The notes beneath the pieces are model-generated. The model had not been told where the DNA came from. It saw only the letters and a program-made list of their open reading frames with translations, and ran no database searches. DNA of 64,000 nt from contig CAXXFK010000020.1 of NCBI GenBank assembly GCA_963663965.2, forward strand, positions 256,001 through 320,000, written 5' to 3'. Shown here in pieces: positions 22,774-33,185 of the stretch; positions within the stretch are counted from its first letter, which is position 1, and each line of letters opens with the position of its first letter. This DNA comes from Sedimentisphaerales bacterium. GTDB lineage: Bacteria; Planctomycetota; Phycisphaerae; Sedimentisphaerales; SM23-30. The translations under genes were made by a program, and so were the position numbers.

Positions 22774-25074
22774 TTAATGGCAAGGTTCAATAGAAAGAAT
22801 CTCGATAATCCCCTCAAATTGTTTTTGCGGAAACGTCTTTTGCCAGGCATAAACAGTATTGACCTTCAGTGGCACCGGCCGTGTTACACGCGTATCCGGC
22901 AGGTTTAGCGGCAAACCGATCTGCTCAAAGTCCTGGCCCTGACCCGGATCGAGAATAGTTAAATTGCCAAACAGCCCATCGATATCAGCCGTAGTCCCTT
23001 GCCAGTCACCGATTCGAAATATCGGTATCGACAAATCCTCCCAGAGATCATCCGCCCGCCAGGTCGCGCTGGTTTCGACAGCGCCCATACATGACCGCAC
23101 TTCCCCGGTTTCGTGATGATAGAATCGGTACCGAAAACGTACCGTTTGCATTTTATAAGCTGCAATCGTAACCGTCTGGCTCCGGCCCGCCGCCACCTCA
23201 ACATCCCGACGGTTGCACTGATACCAACCCGGCCGCCCCACGCTCAACTGATAGGTGCCCGCGGCAATATCACGGAAGACACAGCCCGATGATTCATCCA
23301 GCGCTTCACTGGCCAGACCATGGTCAAGCGTAACCAAACTGCCTTCTGCCGATAGCCCTTTTTCAAGGGTTACCTGAATCTTCAAACTGCCTTTCTGCTG
23401 CGACGAAATGGTTCGGATATAGATATCACCCAGGTCGCTGACCCGATCCTGAATCATATCAAAATCGATTCTGACCGGATAATGATACAAGCTTTTAATA
23501 GCAACATACCCCGGCTTTACAGAATCACGCATCGAAGCGATCCGATCCTGCAAAACAACCAGATCGCCACTGTTTATCAAACCACCAGTCGGACGCCCAT
23601 CCCTGTCAACAGGATCAAAGCTGCTTTCCAGACGAATTCGCTTTTCAAGATCTTCATCTTCCAGAAAAACCCGGCATACCGCCATCCCTTTTTGAGTCAA
23701 TCCCATCGACGGCCCCAACCGACCGAATTCATCAGGCCGCTGGAAGTTTTTAGCGTTATCCGTCGATTTATCAATGACATAGGTAGCCTGTGTTACCAGG
23801 CTTTTGCCCGCAAGCGTAGTTTGAATAATTTGATTAAAAGTATCGATCTTGGCCTGCTGTGTTTTAACCACATCAGATTGGCCGAAGTCTTTCAGCAGCT
23901 GTTCCATTTTGAACCGGGCCCGAATCATATCAGCCTGAGACACCGACCGGCTGAGACACTCAAAACAGGCCTGCGCCTGCCGATCATCACTTGTTTGTGT
24001 CGTCACCGGAGAATTGATCACCTGTCGGCTATCAGGTGCTTGAGTTTTCAATTGCTGACCATTCGGAGAACTACCTTTCTGCACCAGGACGATTATTAAC
24101 CACAATACCGCCACTAGCCCGATACCGGTATAAACCACCCGCTTGACCGTCTGCCTTTTAACAGGTTGCTTTGTGGTGGTCTCAACGGGAGCTTTTTCAG
24201 GCAACGCCATTCCCAATTCCCCCGCCAACGTATCAGCCAGCGCCCGGACCGATGGAAACCTCTGGTCCGGATCGCGCTGCAATGCGGTTAGAATAATGGT
24301 ATTCAGCGATTGAGACATTCGCGCATCACGCTGGATGGGAGGAACAATTTTCCCTTCGACAATGGCTTGCAGGCTCTGATAAAAACCATCAGCAGGCAGA
24401 TAGGGGCTGTGGCCCGTCAACAGCCGATAGAGTATCACGCCGATACTATAAATATCGCTGCGAAAATCGATAACATCATGTTTCCCCTCAGCCTGCTCCG
24501 GCGACATATAACCCAGAGTCCCGGATATCTCGCCCGCAATCGATACCGACACGCCAAACGTATCATCCTTCACCGCCTGCCGGGCCAGTCCAAAATCAAC
24601 AATATGCGGCTCCCCATCTGCGGTCATCAGGATATTCGAAGGCTTCAGGTCTCGGTGAACAATCCCGGCCTGATGAGCATAAGCAACAGCCTGACATATT
24701 TTGATAACCAAAGCCAGTATCTGGTTACTGGACAGCTGGTTTTGCGTAACATATTGATCCAGGTGGATTCCCTCAACCAGTTCCATCACATAATAAAGCC
24801 GGCCATGATAAAGACCGCTATCGTAAACATGAACAATATTGGAATGATTCAACCGGGCCGCCAACATGATTTCACGTCGGAACCGTTCGACTGATTTTTG
24901 CGATATTAGTTGATCCGTCTTCAAAAACTTGACCGCAACTTCGCGGTTCGTACTTAACTGGATCGCTTTCCAGGTAGCCCCCATTCCTCCCGAGCCCATA
25001 AAGCGCACAAACTTAAATCCCTCCACCACCGGAAAAGAATCCCCAAAGATATCTCTTGTTTCATCATTGGCCAT
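22774..25074 (-). CDS. Membrane Ser/Thr protein kinase (Hanks type) with extracytoplasmic C-terminal region
   Basis: GSGGMG, VAVK, HRDLKPSN, DFGLA, GTLGYMSPEQ, DIYSIG; one TM helix VVYTGIGLVAVLWLIIVLV. Confidence 0.93.
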   Translation of the reverse strand: MANDETRDIFGDSFPVVEGFKFVRFMGSGGMGATWKAIQLSTNREVAVKFLKTDQLISQKSVERFRREIMLAARLNHSNIVHVYDSGLYHGRLYYVMELVEGIHLDQYVTQNQLSSNQILALVIKICQAVAYAHQAGIVHRDLKPSNILMTADGEPHIVDFGLARQAVKDDTFGVSVSIAGEISGTLGYMSPEQAEGKHDVIDFRSDIYSIGVILYRLLTGHSPYLPADGFYQSLQAIVEGKIVPPIQRDARMSQSLNTIILTALQRDPDQRFPSVRALADTLAGELGMALPEKAPVETTTKQPVKRQTVKRVVYTGIGLVAVLWLIIVLVQKGSSPNGQQLKTQAPDSRQVINSPVTTQTSDDRQAQACFECLSRSVSQADMIRARFKMEQLLKDFGQSDVVKTQQAKIDTFNQIIQTTLAGKSLVTQATYVIDKSTDNAKNFQRPDEFGRLGPSMGLTQKGMAVCRVFLEDEDLEKRIRLESSFDPVDRDGRPTGGLINSGDLVVLQDRIASMRDSVKPGYVAIKSLYHYPVRIDFDMIQDRVSDLGDIYIRTISSQQKGSLKIQVTLEKGLSAEGSLVTLDHGLASEALDESSGCVFRDIAAGTYQLSVGRPGWYQCNRRDVEVAAGRSQTVTIAAYKMQTVRFRYRFYHHETGEVRSCMGAVETSATWRADDLWEDLSIPIFRIGDWQGTTADIDGLFGNLTILDPGQGQDFEQIGLPLNLPDTRVTRPVPLKVNTVYAWQKTFPQKQFEGIIEILSIEPCH

Positions 25075-25588
25075 CGGACACTCGCTTCCGGCAGTATTGA
25101 CCGGCCTGACAGAGCAGATCACGCAGTTCAGACCGAATCCAGGATTTCCCCGCGAGCCGGTCAAATTTTTCTCTTAACTCCTGATAGGACAACCGGGAAA
25201 GCTTGTTTTGATGACTGACCAGCGCGCGGGCGATCCCGCAATAATTAATCAAACTGCCAATTTCACGTAAATTGGCTGACTGCGCGTGCAGGGCCTGTTC
25301 CTTGCCGAATTCTTTAATCCGTTTCAATATATTCAGGTCAGTGTTGTCATCGATCAGAAAATCCAGTACGTTACGGTCATTAATGATTCCAACATGTTCG
25401 CAGGCATGCCGGATGATCTCCGGCAAAAACGCCAGCTGCTCCCGATCCGGCGGCAGTTCATTGAAAAGCACCCGGCTTAATGTCTCTTCTTTATCAGGCG
25501 GTGAATCCTCCGGCAGGTCACGCCCTAGCATCAAAAGCTGCCTGAGACTTTCCGGGGTCCATTGAATAGGTTGTTTTCTTTCGTCCAT
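25064..25588 (-). CDS. Hypothetical helical protein between ECF sigma and kinase
   Basis: 174-aa ORF whose 3' end overlaps the kinase start (translational coupling). Confidence 0.75.
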   Translation of the reverse strand: MDERKQPIQWTPESLRQLLMLGRDLPEDSPPDKEETLSRVLFNELPPDREQLAFLPEIIRHACEHVGIINDRNVLDFLIDDNTDLNILKRIKEFGKEQALHAQSANLREIGSLINYCGIARALVSHQNKLSRLSYQELREKFDRLAGKSWIRSELRDLLCQAGQYCRKRVSDGQ

Positions 25589-25621
25589 TATATTAATAGG
25601 ATTTATGTGTGCGTCGGCATA

Positions 25622-26371
25622 TTAGCTTTCCAGGCTGGCTAGCAACATATTAAATTCGTCATCAATTTCGGCTGGTTGATTGTCATCCATACCAAGATGT
25701 TCCATTAGAAATCGTCGAAATGTCCGCTTAACGGTTACCACCATATTGGAAGCCTGCGATTCACTGGCAATTTTTAAAGACATACACAGGGTTTTCAACG
25801 CCGGTGGTTTTGATTGTGTTTGAATCGGCTTAAGAATGCGTTCATTAAACAGGGTCCAGTAAAGCTCGCGCCCGGTTTGAATGCAATACTGCCGGGTTTG
25901 GTCTATTGTACGCTCGATGATCTCCACAGCCCATTGATAGTGAAATACCTTGTCAGGATCTGCCTGATCGAACGCGCAAGGCAGTTGACCTGGCTCCAAT
26001 AAGTCCAGGTCAACCTGCTGTCCGGCCGGACACCGGAATTTTGCATTTCTTTTTCGATAGTCATCCGCTAGAAAACATTTAAGAGCATGAAGCAAAAACG
26101 TACGAAATCGGCCTTTACTTTGGTCGGCCCGTTTGAATAAATCGCGATTAAGAACCACTTCCGCGATAAATCCCTGGGTCAGATCAGAAGCCTCATCGTG
26201 ACGATGCCCCTGCTGGCGAATGAACCGGTATATCGGTTTCCAGTACCGTTCCAGTAACCGGTCCATGACGATCTTCTTTTTTTCAGTATCACTGGCCTGG
26301 GCCAGAACAATCTCAGACCAGCGGGTCGTCTGAAACAGTCCCGGCCGGGTATTGTCACTATCTTTCTGCAT
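25622..26371 (-). CDS. ECF-type RNA polymerase sigma factor (kinase-associated planctomycete type)
   Basis: FQTTRWSEI, LLERYWKPIYRFIR, ASDLTQGF, KGRFRTFL (sigma2 region). Confidence 0.85.
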   Translation of the reverse strand: MQKDSDNTRPGLFQTTRWSEIVLAQASDTEKKKIVMDRLLERYWKPIYRFIRQQGHRHDEASDLTQGFIAEVVLNRDLFKRADQSKGRFRTFLLHALKCFLADDYRKRNAKFRCPAGQQVDLDLLEPGQLPCAFDQADPDKVFHYQWAVEIIERTIDQTRQYCIQTGRELYWTLFNERILKPIQTQSKPPALKTLCMSLKIASESQASNMVVTVKRTFRRFLMEHLGMDDNQPAEIDDEFNMLLASLES

Positions 26372-26439
26372 TCAAGACGTTTTCCGGGCTTGTCATATTC
26401 ACGTTTTAAACCTGTAGGATAGTGACCATTAAAATTTAA

Positions 26440-27291
26440 TCAGCAGGTTTTGTCAAGAATTACTCCGGTCCGACGATCAGCCCCCTTTTTTCCTGTAATC
26501 CACCATGCCCCCAACGCCAGCAAACTCAACGTCGCCGGTTCAGGTATCGGTCGCAGTTGCAGCGTAGCGGTCTCATCCCAGAAATGCAATTCATTATCCA
26601 AAACACTGCCGTCAGCCAGTGTGCCGGTAATTTCCTGCCAGAAATCGCTAAAATGATAATCACCGTAATCATACGACTTGCCATCAATGCGAAAATCGCT
26701 GCCTACCAGCGTCAGCACACTATTGTCCGCGGCATAAAAACTGTCTTTAATCTGACCGCCCATCATCGTGAAATGGCTATTCGCTTCGATTCTCAGGTCA
26801 TCCCCCAGCGTACCGCCAGTCATAATGATACGGCTGGAATCACGACCGTAAAATCCCTGAACAACAGTACCGCCACTGATTTCTACGGCGCTATTCTGAT
26901 AGGCACGAAATGGACCATCAAGAGTACCTCCCTGAAAGGTCACCTGACTGGCATCCCTGGCATCCAGCCAGAATCCAATCAGCCCGCCTGAAATATCAAC
27001 CTGGCTATAGCCATTAGCTTCGACGCTGGCTTCCACTACGCCGCCACTCATCTTTACTTGACTATAATGATGCGCCTCGAGCCACATTCCTATCGACCCA
27101 CCCGGCCGGATTTCAACCATGCTCCCCGGCCCGGTCACATTATTCGTATCAATAAACAAAACTCCCGAGACCGGATTGGAGGCGTTAAAAATATGGACCT
27201 TGCCATCATCGATATAAGTGGAGGCCGATAATAGGCTTAGCATCGAGAATAACATAATTGCCGCGACGAGGAGAATCAGTGACTTTTTCAT
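26440..27291 (-). CDS. PEP-CTERM sorting-domain protein with beta-helix-like repeats
   Basis: Signal peptide; repeated S-x-V-x-I/M-SGG units; C-terminal IPEPATLSLLALGAWWI followed by basic residues. Confidence 0.88.
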   Translation of the reverse strand: MKKSLILLVAAIMLFSMLSLLSASTYIDDGKVHIFNASNPVSGVLFIDTNNVTGPGSMVEIRPGGSIGMWLEAHHYSQVKMSGGVVEASVEANGYSQVDISGGLIGFWLDARDASQVTFQGGTLDGPFRAYQNSAVEISGGTVVQGFYGRDSSRIIMTGGTLGDDLRIEANSHFTMMGGQIKDSFYAADNSVLTLVGSDFRIDGKSYDYGDYHFSDFWQEITGTLADGSVLDNELHFWDETATLQLRPIPEPATLSLLALGAWWITGKKGADRRTGVILDKTC

Positions 27292-27372
27292 AATCTTTCC
27301 TTTCTGGTATCGATTTTAGATAAACACATCCAGCCTGATAACAACACCAGGCGCCTGATTCACCGATACCTC

Positions 27373-27396
27373 CGCAAGATTTAGTAATATCTTGCG
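27373..27396. promoter_or_regulatory. Inverted repeat upstream of PEP-CTERM/ECF/kinase unit (possible operator)
   Basis: CGCAAGAT-N8-ATCTTGCG, about 80 bp upstream of the start codon. Confidence 0.35.
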
Positions 27397-27533
27397 CGGA
27401 AAAATTGGAAAAAATCACATTTCTTTTTTTATGCCGACTAATATCATCTGATTAAGAAAATCCCGATAAATCAAGGGGCGATTTTCGACTATTAACAAAT
27501 GGAAAAATTTAATCTGCTCCCTATCTGCTCATA

Positions 27534-30434
27534 TCATTTAACCTGAAATTCCTGATAAGCAGTATTTTCTTGTGCCTCAGTTACTGGCGACACGTTCCAT
27601 TCTAACCAGCGATAACACCCCAGTGAAGAACCATCGCTGGTTTTTATCCTGCTTACTGTAAACAGGCCATCTGAATAGCCCGCCGTTTCGACCGTTGCCA
27701 GTGGAATCCGAATCCGCTTTGTTCCGGGTGTACTCGAATTGCCCGGATCAACCCCAAACAAGCTAAAACACTGCCGGCCGCGATTCCCATTCTGGTTAAA
27801 GGACCAGGTGGATATCTGTTTCATCTCCACCTCATGGCCCAGGTCAATTTCATAAACGCCGGATTCTACCCCATTGCGAAAGACCGGGCCATAATTGCGC
27901 GCCAGCCGGCCATCACTGAGTACCGATAACGGCTCGTTGGCTGTATCAGGAGTGCTTTTTACCGCTTTAAATGGGAGCGTATCTGCAACGGACAGGATGT
28001 CGGCCATCTCTTTATTCTCTTTGTCATCAAAATTTAACATAGTGACATAAATATAACGATCCATTGCCAGCGCCCGACTTTGTTGCCCGCGCACATAGTT
28101 TATCTGCAACGAACGACCCGCGGCCCGATTGGTAGCAGCATAAAGTTCCATTACAGTTTTTACTGCCTGGCCGTTAACCGCCTGGATCAGATCTCCCTTT
28201 TGGAAACCACACCTGGCCGCAAACAAACCGGAAGGTACTTCTTTTAAATGTACTCCGCCATCTTCTTTATTGACGCCAAATGCCGAAAAGGCCTCGCCGG
28301 TAATCGCCTCTACACTCGCTCCCTGCCAGTAAAACGCCGGCCCATCCTCGTGTTCCAGTGCCTGCGATTCCTGCCACCGCAATCGGGGTAACTCAGGGGT
28401 TCGGGCCAGTGCGCGTAAAGCTGGTTTCATAACACCAAACTGGTCCATGGCAAAATTTTGAAAACCCAGTTTCAGCGCCGGTGAATCCTTTTGCACCCGG
28501 TAATCGCCCTTGGCCGGATTGATAAAGCCCGGATCGCCAACTACTGAATGGCTATCCCAGCCATATTGTTGAGCTTTCTTCAACGCGGTCTCGCTGGTGA
28601 ACAAGTTATAGTCATTTTGAATCCCCCATTTGCCTTTCGGCATCGAAATCGGATTGGGATACGCCTCCGTCCAGATATTACGGTTCAATATATCCATGCT
28701 CTGGGGATACCAGACATGCGCGTGCAGTGAACAGTTGATCCCGATATTGTTCCAGACCCGGCGATGGAATCCCTCACGCAGCTTCAACCCACCGTGTAGA
28801 AAAACGTTGTTATAAATTTCATAATTCGAAGAACCATCATCCAGATCCACATCCCAACCATGATCGCAGCGCCAGCGGCTGTTCCGAATGGTATTGGTGG
28901 CCACATCCAACAGCGCCAGACCGGCCAGTTCATCAGCCGGGGCATCCTTCAATCCCCAAAAACGGTCACGACCCCAGGAATTAAAACTACCATGATCCCC
29001 GGTTTCGCGAACCGTATCAAATACATCGCAAGAGTCAATCAAATGCCCGCCAAAGGTCCCTTCACTGATATTGATCCCGGCCCGTCCCACATCATAAATC
29101 GAACAATGCCGCACGGTAATACGGCTGGACATGGAGATCTGTACCCCGGTGGCCTGTTTCTCCATTACACTCACGTTGTGGATCAGGCAGTCATCCACCT
29201 GGCAATCCGCCGGATAATGATCCGTCTGGGGCCCGGGCCGCAGGTCGATCTCATCATAACGCTGCCGCTGGTTATATTCAAACAGTGGATTGCGGACAGA
29301 ATCCGGATTGCCCACAAAACAGACGCCGCTGGCGCCGCAGCCATGGATATGACAGCCCCGCACGATAATCCGCCGGTTATAATTACTGACAAAAACCGCG
29401 TTGCCGCCCAGCTGATCAAATTCACAATCGCTGATAATACAATCTTCAGCACCATCCAGCAGAACCCCGCCCCCTCGATAAATCGTCCAGTCACTGCGCA
29501 ACAGGGGTTCCCGGGTATCCATAAAGGTCCGGGCCGCGTGCCGAAAAACAAAACCTGTCAAAGTAATGTGATGCACCGGCCGGTCGAGACTCCCCCGAAA
29601 CTCCACCAGATGTCGCAAGCGCACCACCTCAAAAGTGGCGGACGCAATTTCTTGCCCCGGCGCAGGCCAGTAATATAACGTCCCGGTACGTGCGTTATAA
29701 TACCATTCGCCCGGCGCATCCAGTTCTTCGAAAATATTCTCGACAAAACGGTCCTTCGGATGCATACCCATCTGCCGATTGTTCTGCCAGCCCCCTTCAT
29801 AGCTCACTTCATTTTGTGCGTTTTTACCCGTAATGCGATAATGATAGCCGCCCCAGTGCGCCCGGTGCATCGCGTGGATATAGCCGCCGGTTGGATCAGA
29901 CCAGCGGGCCGCACGTTCCGGACTGAAGGCATCCGCAGCCGCGCCGTTATAAGGCCGGGCCTCAGGATCATAATTCGGATACCGCGCCATCGGCTGACGC
30001 TGGCCATTGACAAAAAGCTGATCGATTTCAAATTTGTCAGTTTGGCTCAATACCGCCGGGACCTGAGCCTGCATGATCCCTTCGCGATACAGTTTCCAAT
30101 TGAGCGTCAGCCTCATTCCACCGCTGATCACTGCACCGCCCTCCTGCTCCGCACGATACACCACTGGCGCCGACTCGGTACCACTATCTTCCGGCCCAAA
30201 CACCAGCGGCTCATCCAGATAATACACCCCATTCTTAACCATTACACGTATCGGCTCATCCCCACGCGCGGCCAGCTCCCGCACTGCCCGCTGAGCCCGT
30301 TGCAAAGTGGCAAACGGCCGCGCTGCACTGCCCGGATTCCCATCATCACCATCTGGCCCAACCACGTACTCATACCCCGATGCACTCGACCACGCCATTG
30401 CTAATATCAGACACATCGCAATCGCTCTCATCAT
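27534..30434 (-). CDS. Secreted right-handed beta-helix protein (GH141-like) with PDZ-like and C-terminal discoidin-like domains
   Basis: Signal peptide; GDDGNPGSAARPFATL, QLFVNGQRQPMARYPN, ELDAPGEWY, DLDDGSS. PDZ-like GVHLKEVPSG..AARCGFQKGDLIQAVNG. Confidence 0.7.
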   Translation of the reverse strand: MMRAIAMCLILAMAWSSASGYEYVVGPDGDDGNPGSAARPFATLQRAQRAVRELAARGDEPIRVMVKNGVYYLDEPLVFGPEDSGTESAPVVYRAEQEGGAVISGGMRLTLNWKLYREGIMQAQVPAVLSQTDKFEIDQLFVNGQRQPMARYPNYDPEARPYNGAAADAFSPERAARWSDPTGGYIHAMHRAHWGGYHYRITGKNAQNEVSYEGGWQNNRQMGMHPKDRFVENIFEELDAPGEWYYNARTGTLYYWPAPGQEIASATFEVVRLRHLVEFRGSLDRPVHHITLTGFVFRHAARTFMDTREPLLRSDWTIYRGGGVLLDGAEDCIISDCEFDQLGGNAVFVSNYNRRIIVRGCHIHGCGASGVCFVGNPDSVRNPLFEYNQRQRYDEIDLRPGPQTDHYPADCQVDDCLIHNVSVMEKQATGVQISMSSRITVRHCSIYDVGRAGINISEGTFGGHLIDSCDVFDTVRETGDHGSFNSWGRDRFWGLKDAPADELAGLALLDVATNTIRNSRWRCDHGWDVDLDDGSSNYEIYNNVFLHGGLKLREGFHRRVWNNIGINCSLHAHVWYPQSMDILNRNIWTEAYPNPISMPKGKWGIQNDYNLFTSETALKKAQQYGWDSHSVVGDPGFINPAKGDYRVQKDSPALKLGFQNFAMDQFGVMKPALRALARTPELPRLRWQESQALEHEDGPAFYWQGASVEAITGEAFSAFGVNKEDGGVHLKEVPSGLFAARCGFQKGDLIQAVNGQAVKTVMELYAATNRAAGRSLQINYVRGQQSRALAMDRYIYVTMLNFDDKENKEMADILSVADTLPFKAVKSTPDTANEPLSVLSDGRLARNYGPVFRNGVESGVYEIDLGHEVEMKQISTWSFNQNGNRGRQCFSLFGVDPGNSSTPGTKRIRIPLATVETAGYSDGLFTVSRIKTSDGSSLGCYRWLEWNVSPVTEAQENTAYQEFQVK

Positions 30435-30490
30435 ATCTCCAGAATTTTGATTTTTGATCTCAAGAGATTCCCACTGTAATCAGCCTCCCT

Positions 30491-31873
30491 CTACCCCGGT
30501 TGCACCATCTTATCCGGCTGGACCCACTGGTCAAATTCTTCCGCGGTCACATGCCCCAGTTCCAGCGCCGCCTCGCGCAGGGTACTGTTCTCACGCCAGG
30601 CCTTCAATGCGATTTCGGCAGCCTTATCATAACCAATACGCTTATTCAAAGCCGTTACCAGCATCAGTGAACGATTGAGCAGTTCGCGAATCCGCTGATG
30701 ATCCGGCTCGATCCCGATTACACACCGGTCATCAAACGATTTGATTCCTCCCGCCAACAGAATAATCGATTGCAGAATATTATACGCAAACAACGGCTTA
30801 TAAACATTCAGCTCAAAGTTGCCCAGCGCCCCGGCCATGCCGATGGCGGCATCATTGCCATAAACCTGGCAGGCAATCATACTCACCATCTCACACTGGG
30901 TTGGATTCACCTTGCCGGGCATGATCGAACTGCCCGGCTCATTTGCCGGCAGGATCAACTCACCCAGTCCACTGCGCGGCCCGCTGCCCAGCAACCGGAT
31001 ATCGTTGGATATCTTAAACAAAGCCGCTGCCAGCGTCTTCAGCGCCCCCGAAGTCGCCACAATCGCATCATGCGAGGCCATCAGCGCGAACTTGTTATCC
31101 GTCAATTGAAACGGCAATCCCGTAATCCGGCAGATCTCCTCAGCCATTTTCTTGTCGTAGCCCGGCGGTGTATTCAGCCCGGTCCCCACGGCTGTTCCGC
31201 CTATAGGCAGTTCATAGAGATGTTCCAGATTGCGGCTTACCGTTTCAGTTGCCTTGCGAATCTGGGCGGCATAACCACTGAACTCCTGCCCCAGGGTTAG
31301 CGGTGTTGCGTCCTGCAAATGTGTGCGGCCGATCTTGACAATCGATTTAAACATATTCGCTTTCAATTCCAGCGATGAATGCAATTCGCGCAACCGTGGT
31401 AGAAGATGTTCTACCAGCGCCGTCGCAGCTGCGATATGCATCGAAGTCGGAATCGTATCGTTCGTCGATTGCGACATATTGACATGATCATTCGGATGCA
31501 CCGGCGATTTTGTGCCCATCTCACCACCCAGGATCTGGATCGCCCGGTTGGCAATCACCTCGTTCATATTCATATTAAACTGGGTACCGCTGCCGCTCTG
31601 CCAGATGACCAGCGGAAAATGATCATGCAGCTTGCATCCGATCACCTCATCAGCCGCTTGAATAATCGCCTCGGCCAGATCCGGCGCCAGCAATCCCAAA
31701 TCACAATTCACCCGGGCCGCCGCCCGCTTCACCACTCCATGCGCCCGGATAAACTGAGCCGGAAAGCGTTCACTGCCAACCTTGAAATTTTCACGCGCCC
31801 GCTGGGTCTGGGCGCCGTAATAAACCTCATAGGGCACTTCCACCGGTCCAAAAGCGTCTTTTTCGAGTCGCAT
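30491..31873 (-). CDS. fumC: Fumarate hydratase class II
   Basis: [47 protein letters not shown]. Confidence 0.95.
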   Translation of the reverse strand: MRLEKDAFGPVEVPYEVYYGAQTQRARENFKVGSERFPAQFIRAHGVVKRAAARVNCDLGLLAPDLAEAIIQAADEVIGCKLHDHFPLVIWQSGSGTQFNMNMNEVIANRAIQILGGEMGTKSPVHPNDHVNMSQSTNDTIPTSMHIAAATALVEHLLPRLRELHSSLELKANMFKSIVKIGRTHLQDATPLTLGQEFSGYAAQIRKATETVSRNLEHLYELPIGGTAVGTGLNTPPGYDKKMAEEICRITGLPFQLTDNKFALMASHDAIVATSGALKTLAAALFKISNDIRLLGSGPRSGLGELILPANEPGSSIMPGKVNPTQCEMVSMIACQVYGNDAAIGMAGALGNFELNVYKPLFAYNILQSIILLAGGIKSFDDRCVIGIEPDHQRIRELLNRSLMLVTALNKRIGYDKAAEIALKAWRENSTLREAALELGHVTAEEFDQWVQPDKMVQPG

Positions 31874-32079
31874 GTAGTATCTCCTGAGAACTAAATGTCA
31901 TAATAACTTATATTTAAATCAGTTACAATCACTAGCATCCAGCCGTTCAGCCGGCACGTTAGCCCCATCAGTGTACCGATATTTCCCCTTCCCGGCAATA
32001 CCCGGTTTTTCTGGCAAATAACGAGGTATCAGTTAAAATACTTCTGGCCTTTGTCATTAATCTTAACTAATCGGAGCCC

Positions 32080-33075
32080 ATGATGAATTCTAAAGAACGC
32101 ATTTATGCCACATTAGCCGGCCGGCCGGTAGACCGAATCGCGGTTACTCCCATTTTCATGGCCTGGGCCGCTCACTATATTGGCCGCAGCTACCGAGATT
32201 ATTATCTGGATGGTGAAGTCCTTACTACCGCCCAGTTGGCCGTTACTCGTGATCTTGGTATCGATCAGATCAGCGCCATCAGCGATCCCTGGCGTGAAGC
32301 CTCCGCCTATGGTATGCAGTTCAACTATCCCGAGGAAGGAGTTGGCATCCCCAGGGATACTATCCTCAAAACTCCCGAAGATATTGCACGCCTGGCCCCG
32401 CTGGCCATCGATCAGTATGAACGCACTCGCCAGCGCGTTGAAAGTGTTAAAGCCATGTCAGCCGCCATTGGCCAGACCCACAGCGTCTTAGGCTGGGTGG
32501 AAGGCCCACTGGCCGAATATGCTGACTTGCGCGGCTTGGAACACGCCCTGATCGACCTGATGGACAATCCCGAACTTTACCTCCAGGCCGTTGAGCCGAT
32601 TGTTGAGACTGCCATTGCGTTTGCCCTGGCCCAGATCAACGCCGGCGCCGATATGATCGGTATTGGCGATGCCGCCGCCAGCTTGGTTGGCGCAACCCTT
32701 TATCGTGAGTATGTCCTGCCATATGAAAAACGCCTGATCAATGCGATCCACGCTGCTGGCGCCACAGCCAAACTGCATATCTGTGGTAACATTTCCGCTA
32801 TCATCCACGACATGGCCCAAACCGGCGCCGATATCATTGATGTCGATTGGATGGTCCCGCTCGATCACGCCCGCCGGCAGGTTGGCCCCGATATCACTCT
32901 CTGTGGCAACATCGATCCCACTTCCGTCATCCTGCAAGGCACTCCCGAATCAATCCGCCAGGCCGCCGCCAACTGCATCCAGCTAGCCAGCCACCCTTTC
33001 ATCCTCATGCCCGGTTGCGAAGTCCCCCCCGATACCCCCCTCAAAAACCTCCTCGCCCTCTGCCCCGCCCAATAA
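32080..33075 (+). CDS. Uroporphyrinogen decarboxylase / MtaA-CmuA methyltransferase family protein
   Basis: MNSKERI, EGPL, LHICGN, GNIDP, ILMPGCEVP (HxC...C zinc ligands). Confidence 0.85.
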   Translation: MMNSKERIYATLAGRPVDRIAVTPIFMAWAAHYIGRSYRDYYLDGEVLTTAQLAVTRDLGIDQISAISDPWREASAYGMQFNYPEEGVGIPRDTILKTPEDIARLAPLAIDQYERTRQRVESVKAMSAAIGQTHSVLGWVEGPLAEYADLRGLEHALIDLMDNPELYLQAVEPIVETAIAFALAQINAGADMIGIGDAAASLVGATLYREYVLPYEKRLINAIHAAGATAKLHICGNISAIIHDMAQTGADIIDVDWMVPLDHARRQVGPDITLCGNIDPTSVILQGTPESIRQAAANCIQLASHPFILMPGCEVPPDTPLKNLLALCPAQ

Positions 33076-33185
33076 ACCCCACCACCCCACCACCGCTAAT
33101 TTTTCACCCATTATCCTTCAACTATCCAAAGCCCTCATACCAATCATTAATTAGTATATCGTATTTATATAAAAGGAGTTACGTT

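Noticed and set aside
32847..33185. N-terminal extension of the 432-aa ORF and the overlapping 297-aa Pro/Arg-rich ORF (33290-34183)
   Set aside because: The extension overlaps the UroD-family gene and the real start has an RBS at 33186; the alternative frame is a by-product of C-rich codons
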